Shown here one piece after another: positions 31,079 to 43,455 of a DNA stretch of 64,000 bases. A program made the translations under genes and the position numbers. The DNA lies in contig CBDUQR010000011.1 of assembly GCA_965369655.1 (NCBI GenBank), forward strand, positions 1 through 64,000, in the 5' to 3' direction. The notes beneath the pieces were generated by a model. It worked only from the letters and a program-made list of their open reading frames with translations, was not told the DNA's origin and made no database searches. The first letter of the stretch is position 1. Each line of letters begins with the position of its first letter. The DNA comes from an uncultured bacterium. GTDB taxonomy: Bacteria; Zixibacteria; MSB-5A5; JAABVY01; JAHJOQ01.

Positions 31079-31685
31079 GTTTCACTTCGTCATTGTCATT
31101 CGTGGCAAAGATCAGGATTCCGTTCGATTTCTGCTCGTCGATTATTTCGTACACAATCTTCCGCCCGTCGTCGTCAAGATTGGATGTCGGTTCGTCGAGC
31201 AACAACAACTCGGGGCTGGTGCTGATCGCCGCAGCCAGTTTCAGGCGTTGCTTCATTCCGGAAGAATACGCGCCGTACCTGTCGCCACCCCTGTTATGCA
31301 AACCGACGCGATCGAGAAATGCCTCAATCTGCACGCGACTCAGTTTCTCACCGGCAACTTGAGTCAGAAACTCCAGGTTTTCGAGGCCGGTCAGATCATC
31401 GTAGAGTTCCGCTTCCGGAGACACAAGCCTGATATGCTTTCGGCGTGAGTCGGAATCGACAGCCTGACCGAATATCGACAGCCTGATCGCGCCGCCGATC
31501 GGTCTGAGCAGCCCTGCGATGATTTTCAGAAGTGTGGACTTGCCCGAGCCGTTATGCCCGGTGATACAGAGAGCGTCTCCCGACTTGCAGTCGAATACGA
31601 TATTCGAGAGAACCGGTCGCGCGCCATATCGATGAATGACGCCGTCGACTTCGAGGGTTACTTTTTTGCTGTCATTTTCATGCAC
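31050..31685 (-). CDS. ccmA: heme ABC exporter ATP-binding protein CcmA
   Basis: GHNGSGKST, YSSGMKQR, LLLDEP. Confidence 0.85.
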   Translation of the reverse strand: MHENDSKKVTLEVDGVIHRYGARPVLSNIVFDCKSGDALCITGHNGSGKSTLLKIIAGLLRPIGGAIRLSIFGQAVDSDSRRKHIRLVSPEAELYDDLTGLENLEFLTQVAGEKLSRVQIEAFLDRVGLHNRGGDRYGAYSSGMKQRLKLAAAISTSPELLLLDEPTSNLDDDGRKIVYEIIDEQKSNGILIFATNDNDEVKLGGRVVALG

Positions 31686-31787
31686 GAGGACAAGTTATCA
31701 GATAAACATTGAGGGTCAACAGAAACCTACAACTCACGTTTCTGTGTCGTCATGGGAAGAGAATGGATTTGATGGTTGCAGTTGTAG

Positions 31788-31893
31788 ATCAAGCGGCCTG
31801 CATGTCCTGAGTCTCCGAGGGGCCCGCTTGACGTCTCTTGTCTACATTTCAAGCACCCTTCGCAAGTCTCAGGACAAGCGAGTGCGCTTGACC
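31788..31893. repeat. inverted hairpin doublet carrying the GTCCTGAG motif
   Basis: TCAAGCGG..CCGCTTGA and TCAAGCAC..GCGCTTGA with GTCCTGAG / CTCAGGAC inserts. Confidence 0.55.
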
Positions 31894-31906
31894 TGCATGG
31901 TCTGAT

Positions 31907-32644
31907 CTATCTGACGATTTGCCCGATGCGACTCCACTGGACGCGTTCATTGAAGTGGGTGGCATTGTGAGCGAGCGACTCGAAGATTGTCATTGGATGC
32001 CCCCAGTCGACTTCGGGAGCGCTACCATCCGGCGCCCAGGAAAAATGAACAATCATCGCCTCACCGAGAATATTCTCTCTTGGTACAAACCCCCAGAAGC
32101 GTGAATCGTACGAGTTGTCGCGATTATCGCCGAGCATGAAATATTGCCCGTCGGGGACTGTTATGGGACCAAAATTATCGCGAGCACCATCGAGCGCCGA
32201 GCGAGGCTTGATTCGTTTGTCGGTGTGCTTGGAATCTTCTGGATCCTTCATGAGTACACCATCTACATAGACCCGTTTATTCCTGATCTCGACAATCTGG
32301 CCCGGACCCGCGACACACCGCTTGATATAGTTCACGTCCGGGTTTTCGGGAAATTTGAATATGACAATATCTCCCGGTTCAGGATCGGCGAATGCCGGCA
32401 ACCTAAATGGCAGGAGAGGAACCTTTGCGCCATAGATGATCTTGTTGCCAAGAATGAAATCGCCTGTCATCAGTGTATCTTCCATTGATCCCGACGGTAT
32501 ATTGTAAGCCTCAACGAGTGAGGTCTTGATGATCAGAGCGATAATGAGCGCACTCCCGAACAGCTTCACGTACTCCCAGATCACAGTCCTGACAGCTTTC
32601 GGGACAGTTTTTTCGGTTACGCTCTCATCAGGCATATCAATCAT
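31907..32644 (-). CDS. lepB: signal peptidase I
   Basis: IPSGSMEDTL, YIKRCV, GDNRDNSYDSRFWG. Confidence 0.93.
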   Translation of the reverse strand: MIDMPDESVTEKTVPKAVRTVIWEYVKLFGSALIIALIIKTSLVEAYNIPSGSMEDTLMTGDFILGNKIIYGAKVPLLPFRLPAFADPEPGDIVIFKFPENPDVNYIKRCVAGPGQIVEIRNKRVYVDGVLMKDPEDSKHTDKRIKPRSALDGARDNFGPITVPDGQYFMLGDNRDNSYDSRFWGFVPRENILGEAMIVHFSWAPDGSAPEVDWGHPMTIFESLAHNATHFNERVQWSRIGQIVR

Positions 32645-32718
32645 ATCCTTTCAGTATATCCAATCCTTATCAAATACTACTCAGTGTTGAACAATATGTT
32701 TCATATTGCACGCAGCCA

Positions 32719-33465
32719 TTACGTTATGGGATTGCCAAGCCTTTCCCATCTTATTCGCTCGTAGAAATTGATAAAATTGTATGCAACGCTCTCGATCAGG
32801 CTGAGCGGTCGACTGAGCGAAATATCCGGGGCATTGGGATCATCCCCCCACGACAGGTAAAGAAACAGAGCCTTACCGAGTATATTCTCCCTCGGGACAT
32901 ATCCCCAGAAGCGCGAGTCGTACGAGTTATCTCTATTGTCGCCCATCATGAAGAAATGTTCGGACGGGACTCTGACAGGGCCGTAGTTGTCACGCAGGGC
33001 TCTGGATGATTCAGGCGGCGCTATTCGTTTATCCGTATGCTTGATAAAGGCAGTATCATCGTACATGACCCCATTGACGTAAACGATCTTGTCTCTCACT
33101 TCAACCACCTGACCCGGCCCGGCTATGCATCTCTTGACATAGTTTAAGTCCGGATTCTCGGGGAACTTGAATATCACGATATCCCCCTGCCGCGGGTCCC
33201 GAATCCCCGGGATACGGAAGTCCAGCAATGGAACTCGCGAACCGTATATGAATTTGTTCGCCAGCAGGAAATCTCCGACGAGTATCGTATTTTCCATCGA
33301 ACCGGTCGGTACCCTGTAGCCTTCGATCACAAAATGCTTGATCGGCAGGACCATGAGAAATGCGATGGCGAGAGACTTGATATACGAATAGGCTTCGCCT
33401 GCAACTCCCTTATGCGGTTTGGCCTTCAAGGCTGTCCAACTGCGTGATGTTTTCTTCCCGGCCAT
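32719..33465 (-). CDS. lepB: signal peptidase I (second copy)
   Basis: VPTGSMENT, YVKRCI, GDNRDNSYDSRFWG. Confidence 0.93.
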   Translation of the reverse strand: MAGKKTSRSWTALKAKPHKGVAGEAYSYIKSLAIAFLMVLPIKHFVIEGYRVPTGSMENTILVGDFLLANKFIYGSRVPLLDFRIPGIRDPRQGDIVIFKFPENPDLNYVKRCIAGPGQVVEVRDKIVYVNGVMYDDTAFIKHTDKRIAPPESSRALRDNYGPVRVPSEHFFMMGDNRDNSYDSRFWGYVPRENILGKALFLYLSWGDDPNAPDISLSRPLSLIESVAYNFINFYERIRWERLGNPIT

Positions 33466-33524
33466 TGAACGAAACTAACCAAATAGGGCTGTCAATGCAA
33501 TGTCCAATTCCAGATTGGAGATCA

Positions 33525-34589
33525 CTATCGCGACAGCCATCGAACGATGTCGTTATATGTGATGAACACCATGACGAAGAGCAGGAAGGCTAAGCCGACT
33601 TGCTGAACGAGAGCGCGCTGCTTCAAAGTTATGGGCCTTCGCCTCAGGACCTCGATTCCGAGGAATCCGAGATGCCCTCCGTCAAGAACAGGTATCGGGA
33701 GAATATTGAGTATCGCGAGGTTCACCGACAGCATGGCGATGAACTCAAACAACGCAGCCATTCCAATCCTCGCCGCCTCACCGGAGACCTCCGCAATGAA
33801 CAGCGGTCCGCCCATCATCTTCGGTGAGACCTGACCGGTTAGCAATTTGTAGAGAAAACTGAAGATCAGACTGGTCATCTCCCACGTTCGCTCCGCCCCA
33901 CGGTGAATCGATGCAAAAACACCGATAGGCTCCCACCAGAACTTCTGCCCCACTCCAATCCTGCCGACCGGTTTCCACTGCCCGCTCATTTGCATCACGG
34001 AATCGAGAACGGTCGTCAGTGTAATTGTGTGAGTTTCGGATTCTCTCTTAAGCTCTATCGTGACCTCCTCGGCAATCTTCGGAGAGATCATCTCCGAGAG
34101 ATCCTTGAAGTTCGATACGGCCGTGCCGTTGATCGACATGATCTCGTCATCCTCCAGAATTCCAGCCGCTTCAGCCGGAGAGTTTTCCGCAACATAACCG
34201 ATCACCGCCTTGTCATCGTAGGTCATCAAGTCGCCCTGGACCATGAACAGGATGAAGTAGATCAGAAAAGCGGCAACATAATTCATCAACGGCCCGGCGA
34301 CGATCACCATAGCTCGCCTGCTCGGGGGTTTGGACATGAACTCATAGGGAGCGCCCGTTACCTCGGACTCATCGGGATTCTCGCCAGCCATTTTCACATA
34401 GCCGCCGAGAGGTATGATCGATATACAGTACTCGGTCTCTCCGTACCGGAAACCGATGAGCTTGGGCGGAAATCCAAGCGAGAACTTCTCGACACGAATG
34501 CCGACTCGTTTTGCCACAAGGAAATGTCCGAGTTCGTGAACGAAGATCAGGATGCCGAGAACGAATATGGTCGAAATTACTGTCGTCAT
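33525..34589 (-). CDS. rseP: RIP metalloprotease RseP
   Basis: HELGH, PLGGYVKM, PDZ, NILPIPVLDGGH. Confidence 0.95.
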   Translation of the reverse strand: MTTVISTIFVLGILIFVHELGHFLVAKRVGIRVEKFSLGFPPKLIGFRYGETEYCISIIPLGGYVKMAGENPDESEVTGAPYEFMSKPPSRRAMVIVAGPLMNYVAAFLIYFILFMVQGDLMTYDDKAVIGYVAENSPAEAAGILEDDEIMSINGTAVSNFKDLSEMISPKIAEEVTIELKRESETHTITLTTVLDSVMQMSGQWKPVGRIGVGQKFWWEPIGVFASIHRGAERTWEMTSLIFSFLYKLLTGQVSPKMMGGPLFIAEVSGEAARIGMAALFEFIAMLSVNLAILNILPIPVLDGGHLGFLGIEVLRRRPITLKQRALVQQVGLAFLLFVMVFITYNDIVRWLSR

Positions 34590-34732
34590 TTTTTCCTCAG
34601 TACCACATACATTGGTACGTTCATATAGAAAGAACCCGCCGTCCTTTCAGTATCGTCAATACCTGAACGAGTATTTATGTCAGGATGTTCTATGATTCTG
34701 AGTGGATTTCCTTTCATCGGCACCGTTGCATT

Positions 34733-35338
34733 CTAATCGATCTTAACCCCGGGATTCAGCCTGAGATATGCCTTTTTGATGTAGACGGGTTCCAGCGGAA
34801 AATCCGATCTTTTCGGGTACGGTTGCTTCCCGGTCGTCTTGACGTTGCCGATCTGGTGAACCACAGCGAGCGATACGGAATCGGCGACATGGCCGAAAAT
34901 CGTATATTTGCCGTCAAGGAACGGCATAGGGCGCATGCCGATATAAAACTGGCATGATGCGCTATTGAAATCCCTTGACCGCGCCATAGCAAGCGTCCCG
35001 TCAGTATGTTTCAGATTGGAAAACTCCGCAGGCACGTTCCAGGGGCCTTTGCCGGAACCGTCCCCCTTGGGACAGCCCCCCTGTATCAGCGTCTCTTTGA
35101 TTATCCTGTGAAAAGTCAGCGAATCATAAAAACCCATATTAATCAACCTGACAAAACTCGTAACATGCTTCGGAGCAACATCGGGAAAGAGATCGAGGAC
35201 AATCTCGCCCAATGATGTAGACAGCACCACCTGCGAGTCAGCGTACGCTTCAGCGTTGACGCCCAGGCTGTCAGCGCACTGCGCCGATCCTGTGGCTGCA
35301 AGAATAGAAAAAATCACGAGATGCAAAGTCCGTCGCAT
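34733..35338 (-). CDS. cyclophilin-type peptidylprolyl isomerase with signal peptide
   Basis: FHRII, IQGG, LAMAR, QFYI, YTIFG; SD GGAGG before ATG 35338. Confidence 0.9.
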   Translation of the reverse strand: MRRTLHLVIFSILAATGSAQCADSLGVNAEAYADSQVVLSTSLGEIVLDLFPDVAPKHVTSFVRLINMGFYDSLTFHRIIKETLIQGGCPKGDGSGKGPWNVPAEFSNLKHTDGTLAMARSRDFNSASCQFYIGMRPMPFLDGKYTIFGHVADSVSLAVVHQIGNVKTTGKQPYPKRSDFPLEPVYIKKAYLRLNPGVKID

Positions 35339-35505
35339 GGATACCCTCCTGTTCAGCAGGCAATGTATCGCAGCGTGCACAGGCTGTCAATGATGAATTG
35401 ATGTAAATAGAGTGGAGCAGTAATCGTTTGAAATTGAAGTCCGAATTGATACGGATACCATACACCAGGCGCGGTCACGATAAATTTGTGCCGGCGTATT
35501 GACCA

Positions 35506-36180
35506 CTAAAAGGCTTCGATCAGCCTCTGGGCATACTCGCGTCTTGTACGCCGGTAGACTTCCGGATCACCATCGAGCGCGGAAAGCCTGCCTTCGCTCT
35601 CCCATTCGCGGAACACGTCAAGCATCTGATTCTTACCATGGGCGCTCAGGCCGCTCTCGATCTCATCATGATCCGGCTTGAGCATACAGTCAAAGAGCTT
35701 CCCGATGCCCTCAGTATCTCTCTTGCCCACCAGCTCCAGCAAGACTTCGCTGCTGTCGGGTGTCGACAGGATATCTATCGAGGTGTCGACCGTATCGGCG
35801 ATATCGGGTTCGACTCCCTGCGCCCTCATTGCGACAATATCCCCAAGCGCTTCACGCGCACGCATCTGCGCCAGGGCAAATGATGCTTTTGACCTGACCA
35901 GACGATGGTCGTCATTCAGCGATCTGCGAAGCGCCTTGACTGCATCGATGTTGCCGGTGAATCCCCTTAGCGCTACGCAAGCCTGACTCCGAACGTTGAA
36001 ATCGGGGTCCTTTTCGAGATGCTCGATGGCTGCTTTCAGGACATCATTGTTCCGTAACTTCGAGAGTCTTGACATCGCTTCGGTGCGGGTGAATCCGTTC
36101 GGATCAGATAGTGCGAGGATTAGACCGCGGTAATTGCCTGACAACTGCATGCTCCTGAGTTCGTCAATGCTGTATGTCAT
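35506..36180 (-). CDS. HEAT repeat protein
   Basis: Repeated LxDxxxxVRxxAxxAL units. Confidence 0.75.
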   Translation of the reverse strand: MTYSIDELRSMQLSGNYRGLILALSDPNGFTRTEAMSRLSKLRNNDVLKAAIEHLEKDPDFNVRSQACVALRGFTGNIDAVKALRRSLNDDHRLVRSKASFALAQMRAREALGDIVAMRAQGVEPDIADTVDTSIDILSTPDSSEVLLELVGKRDTEGIGKLFDCMLKPDHDEIESGLSAHGKNQMLDVFREWESEGRLSALDGDPEVYRRTRREYAQRLIEAF

Positions 36181-36367
36181 GCCTTTCCCAGATTCTTGTT
36201 TGACATTCGATGATTCTGTCTGCTATCTATTCTATCGGCAAGATGGATAGAATTGTTTGCAATCGGAACATATGAGGTCCAGTTTCATACGCAAATTGAC
36301 ACCAGCACGATCTTTTTGAACAAAGAGGTGGGCGTTGTAATCCCTTGTATACCATATTGTTGTAAGG

Positions 36368-36586
36368 CGGTAGCCCACCCAAAGCGCAGCGTCGGGTGGG
36401 ATCACTGTTCAAGCATCTGGGTTCATAATTCAAGATCAACATCTATCCGAAGGACCACGAATGTTATGAATCGTGCGCGTCCATCATGGTCATAGTGTTT
36501 CATTCTCATTTGATCATATTATATAATGGGTAGGATGTCTCTCAAAATGAAAACCCACCCGCCGCTGCGCTTTGGGTGGGCTACCG
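36368..36586. repeat. inverted GTAG-type REP doublet
   Basis: CGGTAGCCCACCCAAAGCGCAGCG(T/G)CGGGTGGG at 36368-36400 (+) and 36554-36586 (-), one mismatch in 33 bp. Confidence 0.85.
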
Positions 36587-36753
36587 GATTTCGAACTGGT
36601 TGCTCCCTTCGCCTCGACCAAGATGCGCTCATTCCCTCTCGTTGCAATCAGATCAACGCCACGCTCTTTGGTGGACAAAGCCTGCTCGATCTGAAAGCCT
36701 GCCTCCTTAAGGAAGCGACTCGTCGCAACGACAACATCATTCTCGGTGAGCAT
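36514..36753 (-). pseudogene. truncated PD-(D/E)XK restriction-endonuclease-like gene
   Basis: GVDLIATR..ILVEAKG motif, after which the frame runs into the REP copy and stops. Confidence 0.65.
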
Positions 36754-36801
36754 TTCTACTCTCGATCAAGAATTGAAATCAATCAGAGTTCGAGTAGCTG
36801 T

Positions 36802-37209
36802 TTATTTCGGGAGTTTCTCTCCGAGGATACGAAGTCTGTTCTCGGCACGCCTGAGCGACCTCTGCGCACGCTCGATATCCACATCTGTGGATTTCAACCC
36901 GATGCGCTGTTTGGCTCGCTGGTATGCGGACCTTGCCCGTTCGACGTCGATTTCTTCCAGCAATTCGACAGATTCCGCAAGTACGGTGGCGATGTTATCG
37001 GAGACTTCGAGGAAACCGCCCGACACAGCCGCAGTCAGCTGCTTCTCATCCGATTCGGTGATCGTGATCTTACCCGGTTTCAGCGAGGTTATCAGCGGAG
37101 CGTGGTGCGACAGCACGCCAAGATACCCATCAGCGCCGGGCACCACTATCCCTTTGACTTCCTGCTCATACAACACTCGCTCAGGCGAGACTATCGACAG
37201 CTTGAACAT
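36802..37209 (-). CDS. atpC: ATP synthase F1 epsilon
   Basis: GVLSHHAPL, VSGGFLEV. Confidence 0.95.
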   Translation of the reverse strand: MFKLSIVSPERVLYEQEVKGIVVPGADGYLGVLSHHAPLITSLKPGKITITESDEKQLTAAVSGGFLEVSDNIATVLAESVELLEEIDVERARSAYQRAKQRIGLKSTDVDIERAQRSLRRAENRLRILGEKLPK

Positions 37210-37213
37210 CGTC

Positions 37214-38662
<1,449 letters not shown>

Positions 38663-38714
38663 TTAAGAACATCATTTTTCACGACTCACGATCGCTGACG
38701 ACGATCGAATAAAT

Positions 38715-39581
38715 CTATCCTTTCAGCGCTTCGGCGCCCGAGACGATCTCCAGAAGATCCTTCGTAATCCCCGCCTGGCGAGTCTTATTCATCACGAGAG
38801 TAAGGTCATCGATCATCTCGCCCGCATTTTTCGTCGCAGCGCCCATTGCGATCATCCGGGTGCCATGCTCCGAGGCGAGAGCGTCCGCCTGGCACATTTG
38901 TATCATTGTCTGAGCGTAGTTGGGCAGAAGGCTGGAGAATATGGAGGCGGCATCAGGCTCAAAAATGTACTCTTTGGCTGATGTCGCTTTCTCTTCCGAG
39001 CCGAGATCCTGCGTGATCGGCAGGAACTGCTTTAATGTGATCCTGTAAGACGCCATCGACAGGAAGGCCGTATACAGAAGCATGACGCGATCCACTTCCC
39101 CGGAAACAAACCTCTGAGTCGTCAACCGGGTTATGTCCCGGACCTTGACCATGTCCATATTGCCGGAGAAATCAGTGAACGAACCGATCACGGGGAAATC
39201 CCCGCGCTTGAAATAGTCGTGCGATTTCTTACCGACGCAGACGTACTCCAGAGTGTCGGGAGTATAGTCCTCTGCGAACTTCAGCGCTCTTCGGATCAGG
39301 TTGGAATTATACGATCCGCAGAATCCCCGATCGGATGCAAAGACCACGAACGCGGTCTTCTTCACTTCACGCTCTTCAAAAAACGGGTGCGAAACCTGCC
39401 CCGATGCCGATGACAGGTTGCCGAGCATCTCCATCATCTTCTCAGCGTACGGCCTGTACGACTCGATGCGTTGCTGCGCGCGACGCAGCTTCGCGGCCGC
39501 GACCATCTCCATCGCCTTGGTGATCTGCCGGGTCGATTCAACCGCGCGAATACGCTTTTTCAGATCTCTAATCGTCGCCAT
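38715..39581 (-). CDS. atpG: ATP synthase F1 gamma
   Basis: ITKAMEMVAAAK, RQAGIT. Confidence 0.97.
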   Translation of the reverse strand: MATIRDLKKRIRAVESTRQITKAMEMVAAAKLRRAQQRIESYRPYAEKMMEMLGNLSSASGQVSHPFFEEREVKKTAFVVFASDRGFCGSYNSNLIRRALKFAEDYTPDTLEYVCVGKKSHDYFKRGDFPVIGSFTDFSGNMDMVKVRDITRLTTQRFVSGEVDRVMLLYTAFLSMASYRITLKQFLPITQDLGSEEKATSAKEYIFEPDAASIFSSLLPNYAQTMIQMCQADALASEHGTRMIAMGAATKNAGEMIDDLTLVMNKTRQAGITKDLLEIVSGAEALKG

Positions 39582-39602
39582 ACGATAATCTCTTCCTAAC
39601 GA

Positions 39603-41120
39603 CTACTCGTCTGAAGTCTCAAACTTCGAATTGAACTCCCCGAGAGCTTTCTTCAGCTTGTCGGTTGTCTCGTCTGAGATCACCTTCTCTTTGGCAATAC
39701 TATGCTCGACATCCGGGTAGTTTTTCTCCATGAACTCGAAAAGTTCGGTCTCGAACCGAGCCAGGTTGTTCACCGGAATCTTGTCGAGGAACCCGTTGGC
39801 GCCCGCCCAGATTATCAACACCTGTTTCTCGAACGGCATTGGCACATACTGACCCTGCTTGAGAATCTCTACCATCCGCGCACCGCGGTTCAACTGGGCC
39901 TGGGTGGCGGCATCGAGGTCGGAACCGAACTGCGCAAATGCCGCGAGTTCGCGATACTGCGCCAGGTCAAGCCTCAGACTACCGGCTACCTGTTTCATTG
40001 CCTTTGTCTGTGCATTGCCGCCGACTCGGGATACCGAGATTCCGACGTTGATCGCAGGACGAATGCCCGAATAGAACAGGTCGGATTCGAGGAATATCTG
40101 ACCGTCGGTAATCGAAATCACATTGGTCGGAATGTATGCCGTCACGTCGCCAGCCTGTGTCTCGATGATCGGCAAAGCTGTCAGCGATCCGCCACCGAGT
40201 TCATCGTTCAGCTTGGCGGCTCTTTCGAGAAGACGGGAGTGCAGATAGAACACATCGCCTGGAAATGCCTCGCGTCCCGGAGGACGTCTCAGCAACAGCG
40301 ACAACTGCCGATATGCGGTCGCGTGCTTCGACAGGTCATCGTAGATACATACCACGTGACGCTTCGTGTGCAGAAACTCCTCGCCCATCGCAACACCGGC
40401 GTAAGGAGCGAGAAACTGAAGTGGTGCAGGGTCGGTAGCGCTGGCAACCACGACCGTCGTGTACTCCATAGCGCCATGTTCACGCAGTTTTTCAACTACC
40501 TGTGCCACCGTCGACGATTTCTGACCGATCGCGACGTAAATACAGAAAACATCGGTGTTTTTCTGATTGATAATCGTGTCGATAGCGAGTGCAGTCTTGC
40601 CTGTCTGACGATCGCCGATAATCAACTCTCGCTGACCCCGGCCGATCGGAATCATCGAATCAATCGCCTTGAGACCGGTCTGCAACGGCTCTTTCACCGG
40701 CTGACGCTCTACGACGTTCGGAGAAACAGTCTCGACGGATCGGTATTTCTCGGTAGCAATCGGACCTTTGCCGTCGATAGGCTGACCGAGAGGATTGACC
40801 ACCCTGCCGACCATCGCTTCACCGACCGGTACCGAAGCAATTCGTCCGGTACGCCGGACTGTATCACCTTCCTTGATACCTGTATCCGGGCCGAACACTG
40901 CCACGCCGACATTGTGCTCTTCAAGGTTCAGAACCACGCCCATCAGATCACCTGGGAATGTCACCAACTCGGACATCATAACGTCCTCGAGCCCCCAGAC
41001 GCGGGCGATCCCATCGCCAACCTGAAGAACCGTTCCGACAGACTCAAGCTCGAGCTTGGTTTCGTACTTGGCAATCTCCTGCTTTATTATGGAACTGACT
41101 TCTTCCGGTTTTAATGCCAT
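39603..41120 (-). CDS. atpA: ATP synthase F1 alpha
   Basis: [18 protein letters not shown]. Confidence 0.98.
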   Translation of the reverse strand: MALKPEEVSSIIKQEIAKYETKLELESVGTVLQVGDGIARVWGLEDVMMSELVTFPGDLMGVVLNLEEHNVGVAVFGPDTGIKEGDTVRRTGRIASVPVGEAMVGRVVNPLGQPIDGKGPIATEKYRSVETVSPNVVERQPVKEPLQTGLKAIDSMIPIGRGQRELIIGDRQTGKTALAIDTIINQKNTDVFCIYVAIGQKSSTVAQVVEKLREHGAMEYTTVVVASATDPAPLQFLAPYAGVAMGEEFLHTKRHVVCIYDDLSKHATAYRQLSLLLRRPPGREAFPGDVFYLHSRLLERAAKLNDELGGGSLTALPIIETQAGDVTAYIPTNVISITDGQIFLESDLFYSGIRPAINVGISVSRVGGNAQTKAMKQVAGSLRLDLAQYRELAAFAQFGSDLDAATQAQLNRGARMVEILKQGQYVPMPFEKQVLIIWAGANGFLDKIPVNNLARFETELFEFMEKNYPDVEHSIAKEKVISDETTDKLKKALGEFNSKFETSDE

Positions 41121-41180
41121 ATGAAACTCCGTATATTGAAAGCAATCATTTTCCCAAGCCAGCGCGCTTCGGATCTATTC

Positions 41181-41729
41181 TCAGTGCACTTTGAGCGCAA
41201 GAAGCTCGTCCCGCATCGTATCGAGTTGATGTCGAATCGACTTGTCGATGATCTGATCCCCGAGGAACACGATCACGCCGCCGATTATCGACGGGTCGAT
41301 TTCTGTCAAAGCTTTTACTTTCTTGCCGCTTTTGGCCTCGAGCTTCTCGATAAGAGACGTCTTCTCACTCTCTAACAGTGGGACAGCCGACACGATTTTC
41401 GTCTTGACGAAGCCCTTGTACGACAGCACCAGGTTCTGAAATTCGTCAATGATTCCTCGCAGATACGGATTGCGGCGTTTTGCCACTATCAGCATGAGGA
41501 ATTCTTCGAGCATCCTGGAGACCTTACCGCGAAACACCGCCCGAACAACAGCGAACTTATCCCGATCCGTGACCTGCGGCGCAGCAAGAAAATCAAGGAG
41601 CGATCTGTCCTGTTCGAGGACGGCATCGAGTTCCCCCATCTCCTTGTAGACCGTGTCAACGGTGCCTTTCTCAACTGCAAGCAGAAACAGCCCGTGCGCG
41701 TATCGTTCGGCGACTTCGGCGGCAATCAT
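41181..41729 (-). CDS. atpH: ATP synthase F1 delta
   Basis: VAERYA, DPSIIGG; operon position. Confidence 0.95.
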   Translation of the reverse strand: MIAAEVAERYAHGLFLLAVEKGTVDTVYKEMGELDAVLEQDRSLLDFLAAPQVTDRDKFAVVRAVFRGKVSRMLEEFLMLIVAKRRNPYLRGIIDEFQNLVLSYKGFVKTKIVSAVPLLESEKTSLIEKLEAKSGKKVKALTEIDPSIIGGVIVFLGDQIIDKSIRHQLDTMRDELLALKVH

Positions 41730-42214
41730 CAGACCTTCTCGACGTCACTGATGAAACCTTCGATCAGTTCACGATGCTTGGCTTCATCAAGTTTTTCGTT
41801 GATCATCTTCTCGGTTGCTGCCAGAGTCATCCTGACGATATCCATCTTGAGCTGGACCTTTGCCTTGTCGACATCGCGCGAAAGCTCTTCTTTCGCTCTT
41901 TCGATCAGGTCGCGAGAATCATTGCGAGCCGCTTCTTTGATTTCGGCGGCGACACCCCGACCTTCGCGAATCGCGTCCTGAATCCTGGCGCGAGCCTCGG
42001 TCTCAGCCTCTCTCATTTGAGCTTCGTAGTCCGCACGCAGTTTCTCGGCGCCTTCGAGTTCCTCTTTCGCCTTGTCGAAATCGCTCTGGATAAGCTCTCG
42101 CCGTTCGTCGATCATGTTCAGCAGAGGCTTCCAGGCGTATTTCTTAAGAATCCAGAGGGCTATTACGAAACCGACAATGTGAGTCAGTATCTGTTGCCAC
42201 TCTAAGCTTATCAC
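41729..42214 (-). CDS. atpF: ATP synthase F0 subunit b
   Basis: N-terminal TM, AWKPL, coiled coil. Confidence 0.95.
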   Translation of the reverse strand: MISLEWQQILTHIVGFVIALWILKKYAWKPLLNMIDERRELIQSDFDKAKEELEGAEKLRADYEAQMREAETEARARIQDAIREGRGVAAEIKEAARNDSRDLIERAKEELSRDVDKAKVQLKMDIVRMTLAATEKMINEKLDEAKHRELIEGFISDVEKV

Positions 42215-42292
42215 AACAGACTCCTGTTCAGCGTGTAAACAGTTTAGTCATACGCGGGACGGCGGCATCCCACCGTCCGCGCAATCGCATTC

Positions 42293-42523
42293 TTAGACCT
42301 TCCCCGAAAGAACGAAGAAGCCGACGAGCGAATAAATCGTAAGCGCCTCGATAAGAGCAGCGCCAATAATCATGCCGACCTGAATCTTACCGGCGGCTTC
42401 CGGCTGACGACCCATCGCCTCCATCGCGGAGCCTACTGCACGGCCAAGTCCGAGACCCGACCCGATGGCTGCCATCGCAAGGCCTATCGGCAGCGAAAAA
42501 CCTAATGCAGTTGAAGCGTCCAT
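42293..42523 (-). CDS. atpE: ATP synthase F0 subunit c
   Basis: GxGxGxG, RQPE loop, ALIEAL. Confidence 0.97.
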   Translation of the reverse strand: MDASTALGFSLPIGLAMAAIGSGLGLGRAVGSAMEAMGRQPEAAGKIQVGMIIGAALIEALTIYSLVGFFVLSGKV

Positions 42524-42552
42524 GATTCCTCCTGTCTTGTTATCACTCTCTG

Positions 42553-43455
42553 TTAATGTTCTTCAGCTTCATGGTGTTCATGCGGCATCATCAGTGCAAA
42601 ATACACTGCGGCCAGCAGACTGAACACCAGGGCTTGTATTGTTGAAGTCAGTAATGCCAGGAATATGAACGGCAGTTGCAACGGCAGGCCCACCGGTGAT
42701 CCAATGAAGCCGAGTGTTGCCACGCCGAGTCCCACGAATGCCGCAATGAGAACATCCTCACCCGTTATGTTGCCGAATAGACGAAGGGAGAGCGAGAATG
42801 GTTTCGCGAGTTCTCCGATTATGTGCACCGGCAGATTCAGCGGCACAAGAACCCACGCGATGACGTCTCTCGGCTCACCCATCAGATGGAAGAACCACCT
42901 GCCGATGCCGTTATGACGAATCGCGCTGCCCTGGACGTGCAGGAACACGCATATCGCGAGCGCAACGGTCGTATTCAAGTTCGATGATGACGAATGCAGA
43001 AACGGAATCAATCCGGAGAAATTCATCAGCAGAATATAGACGAACAGCGTACCGAGAAACGGTACATACCTCGGACCGTATTTCTCACCGACGATCCCGA
43101 TGAAGAAACCTGAAAGGCCATCGACGAGCATCTCGACAGTCGCCTGCAAACGACCCGGCTTCTCTATACTCCTGCGCTTGTATACCCATATCGCGATGAT
43201 GCACATGAACGCCAGGACCAGAAACGCGAATATCACGACCTCGAAATGGTGAAGGAACGGCATGATACCTTCGGACGGATGATGCAGGAAGTCGTCAAGA
43301 AGAGAGATCGCGTTCGGTAGCGTTGGCACGCTGGTACCTTCCGCCGCATGCTCAGCACCATGTTCGGCTACCGCGTGCAGAGTATCGGCAACATGCTCCG
43401 AAGCCTGCTCGCCGTGTCCACCGGTCAGTATCGTCCATAGCGGCAGAAGATTCAT
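42553..43455 (-). CDS. atpB: ATP synthase F0 subunit a
   Basis: [16 protein letters not shown]. Confidence 0.96.
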   Translation of the reverse strand: MNLLPLWTILTGGHGEQASEHVADTLHAVAEHGAEHAAEGTSVPTLPNAISLLDDFLHHPSEGIMPFLHHFEVVIFAFLVLAFMCIIAIWVYKRRSIEKPGRLQATVEMLVDGLSGFFIGIVGEKYGPRYVPFLGTLFVYILLMNFSGLIPFLHSSSSNLNTTVALAICVFLHVQGSAIRHNGIGRWFFHLMGEPRDVIAWVLVPLNLPVHIIGELAKPFSLSLRLFGNITGEDVLIAAFVGLGVATLGFIGSPVGLPLQLPFIFLALLTSTIQALVFSLLAAVYFALMMPHEHHEAEEH

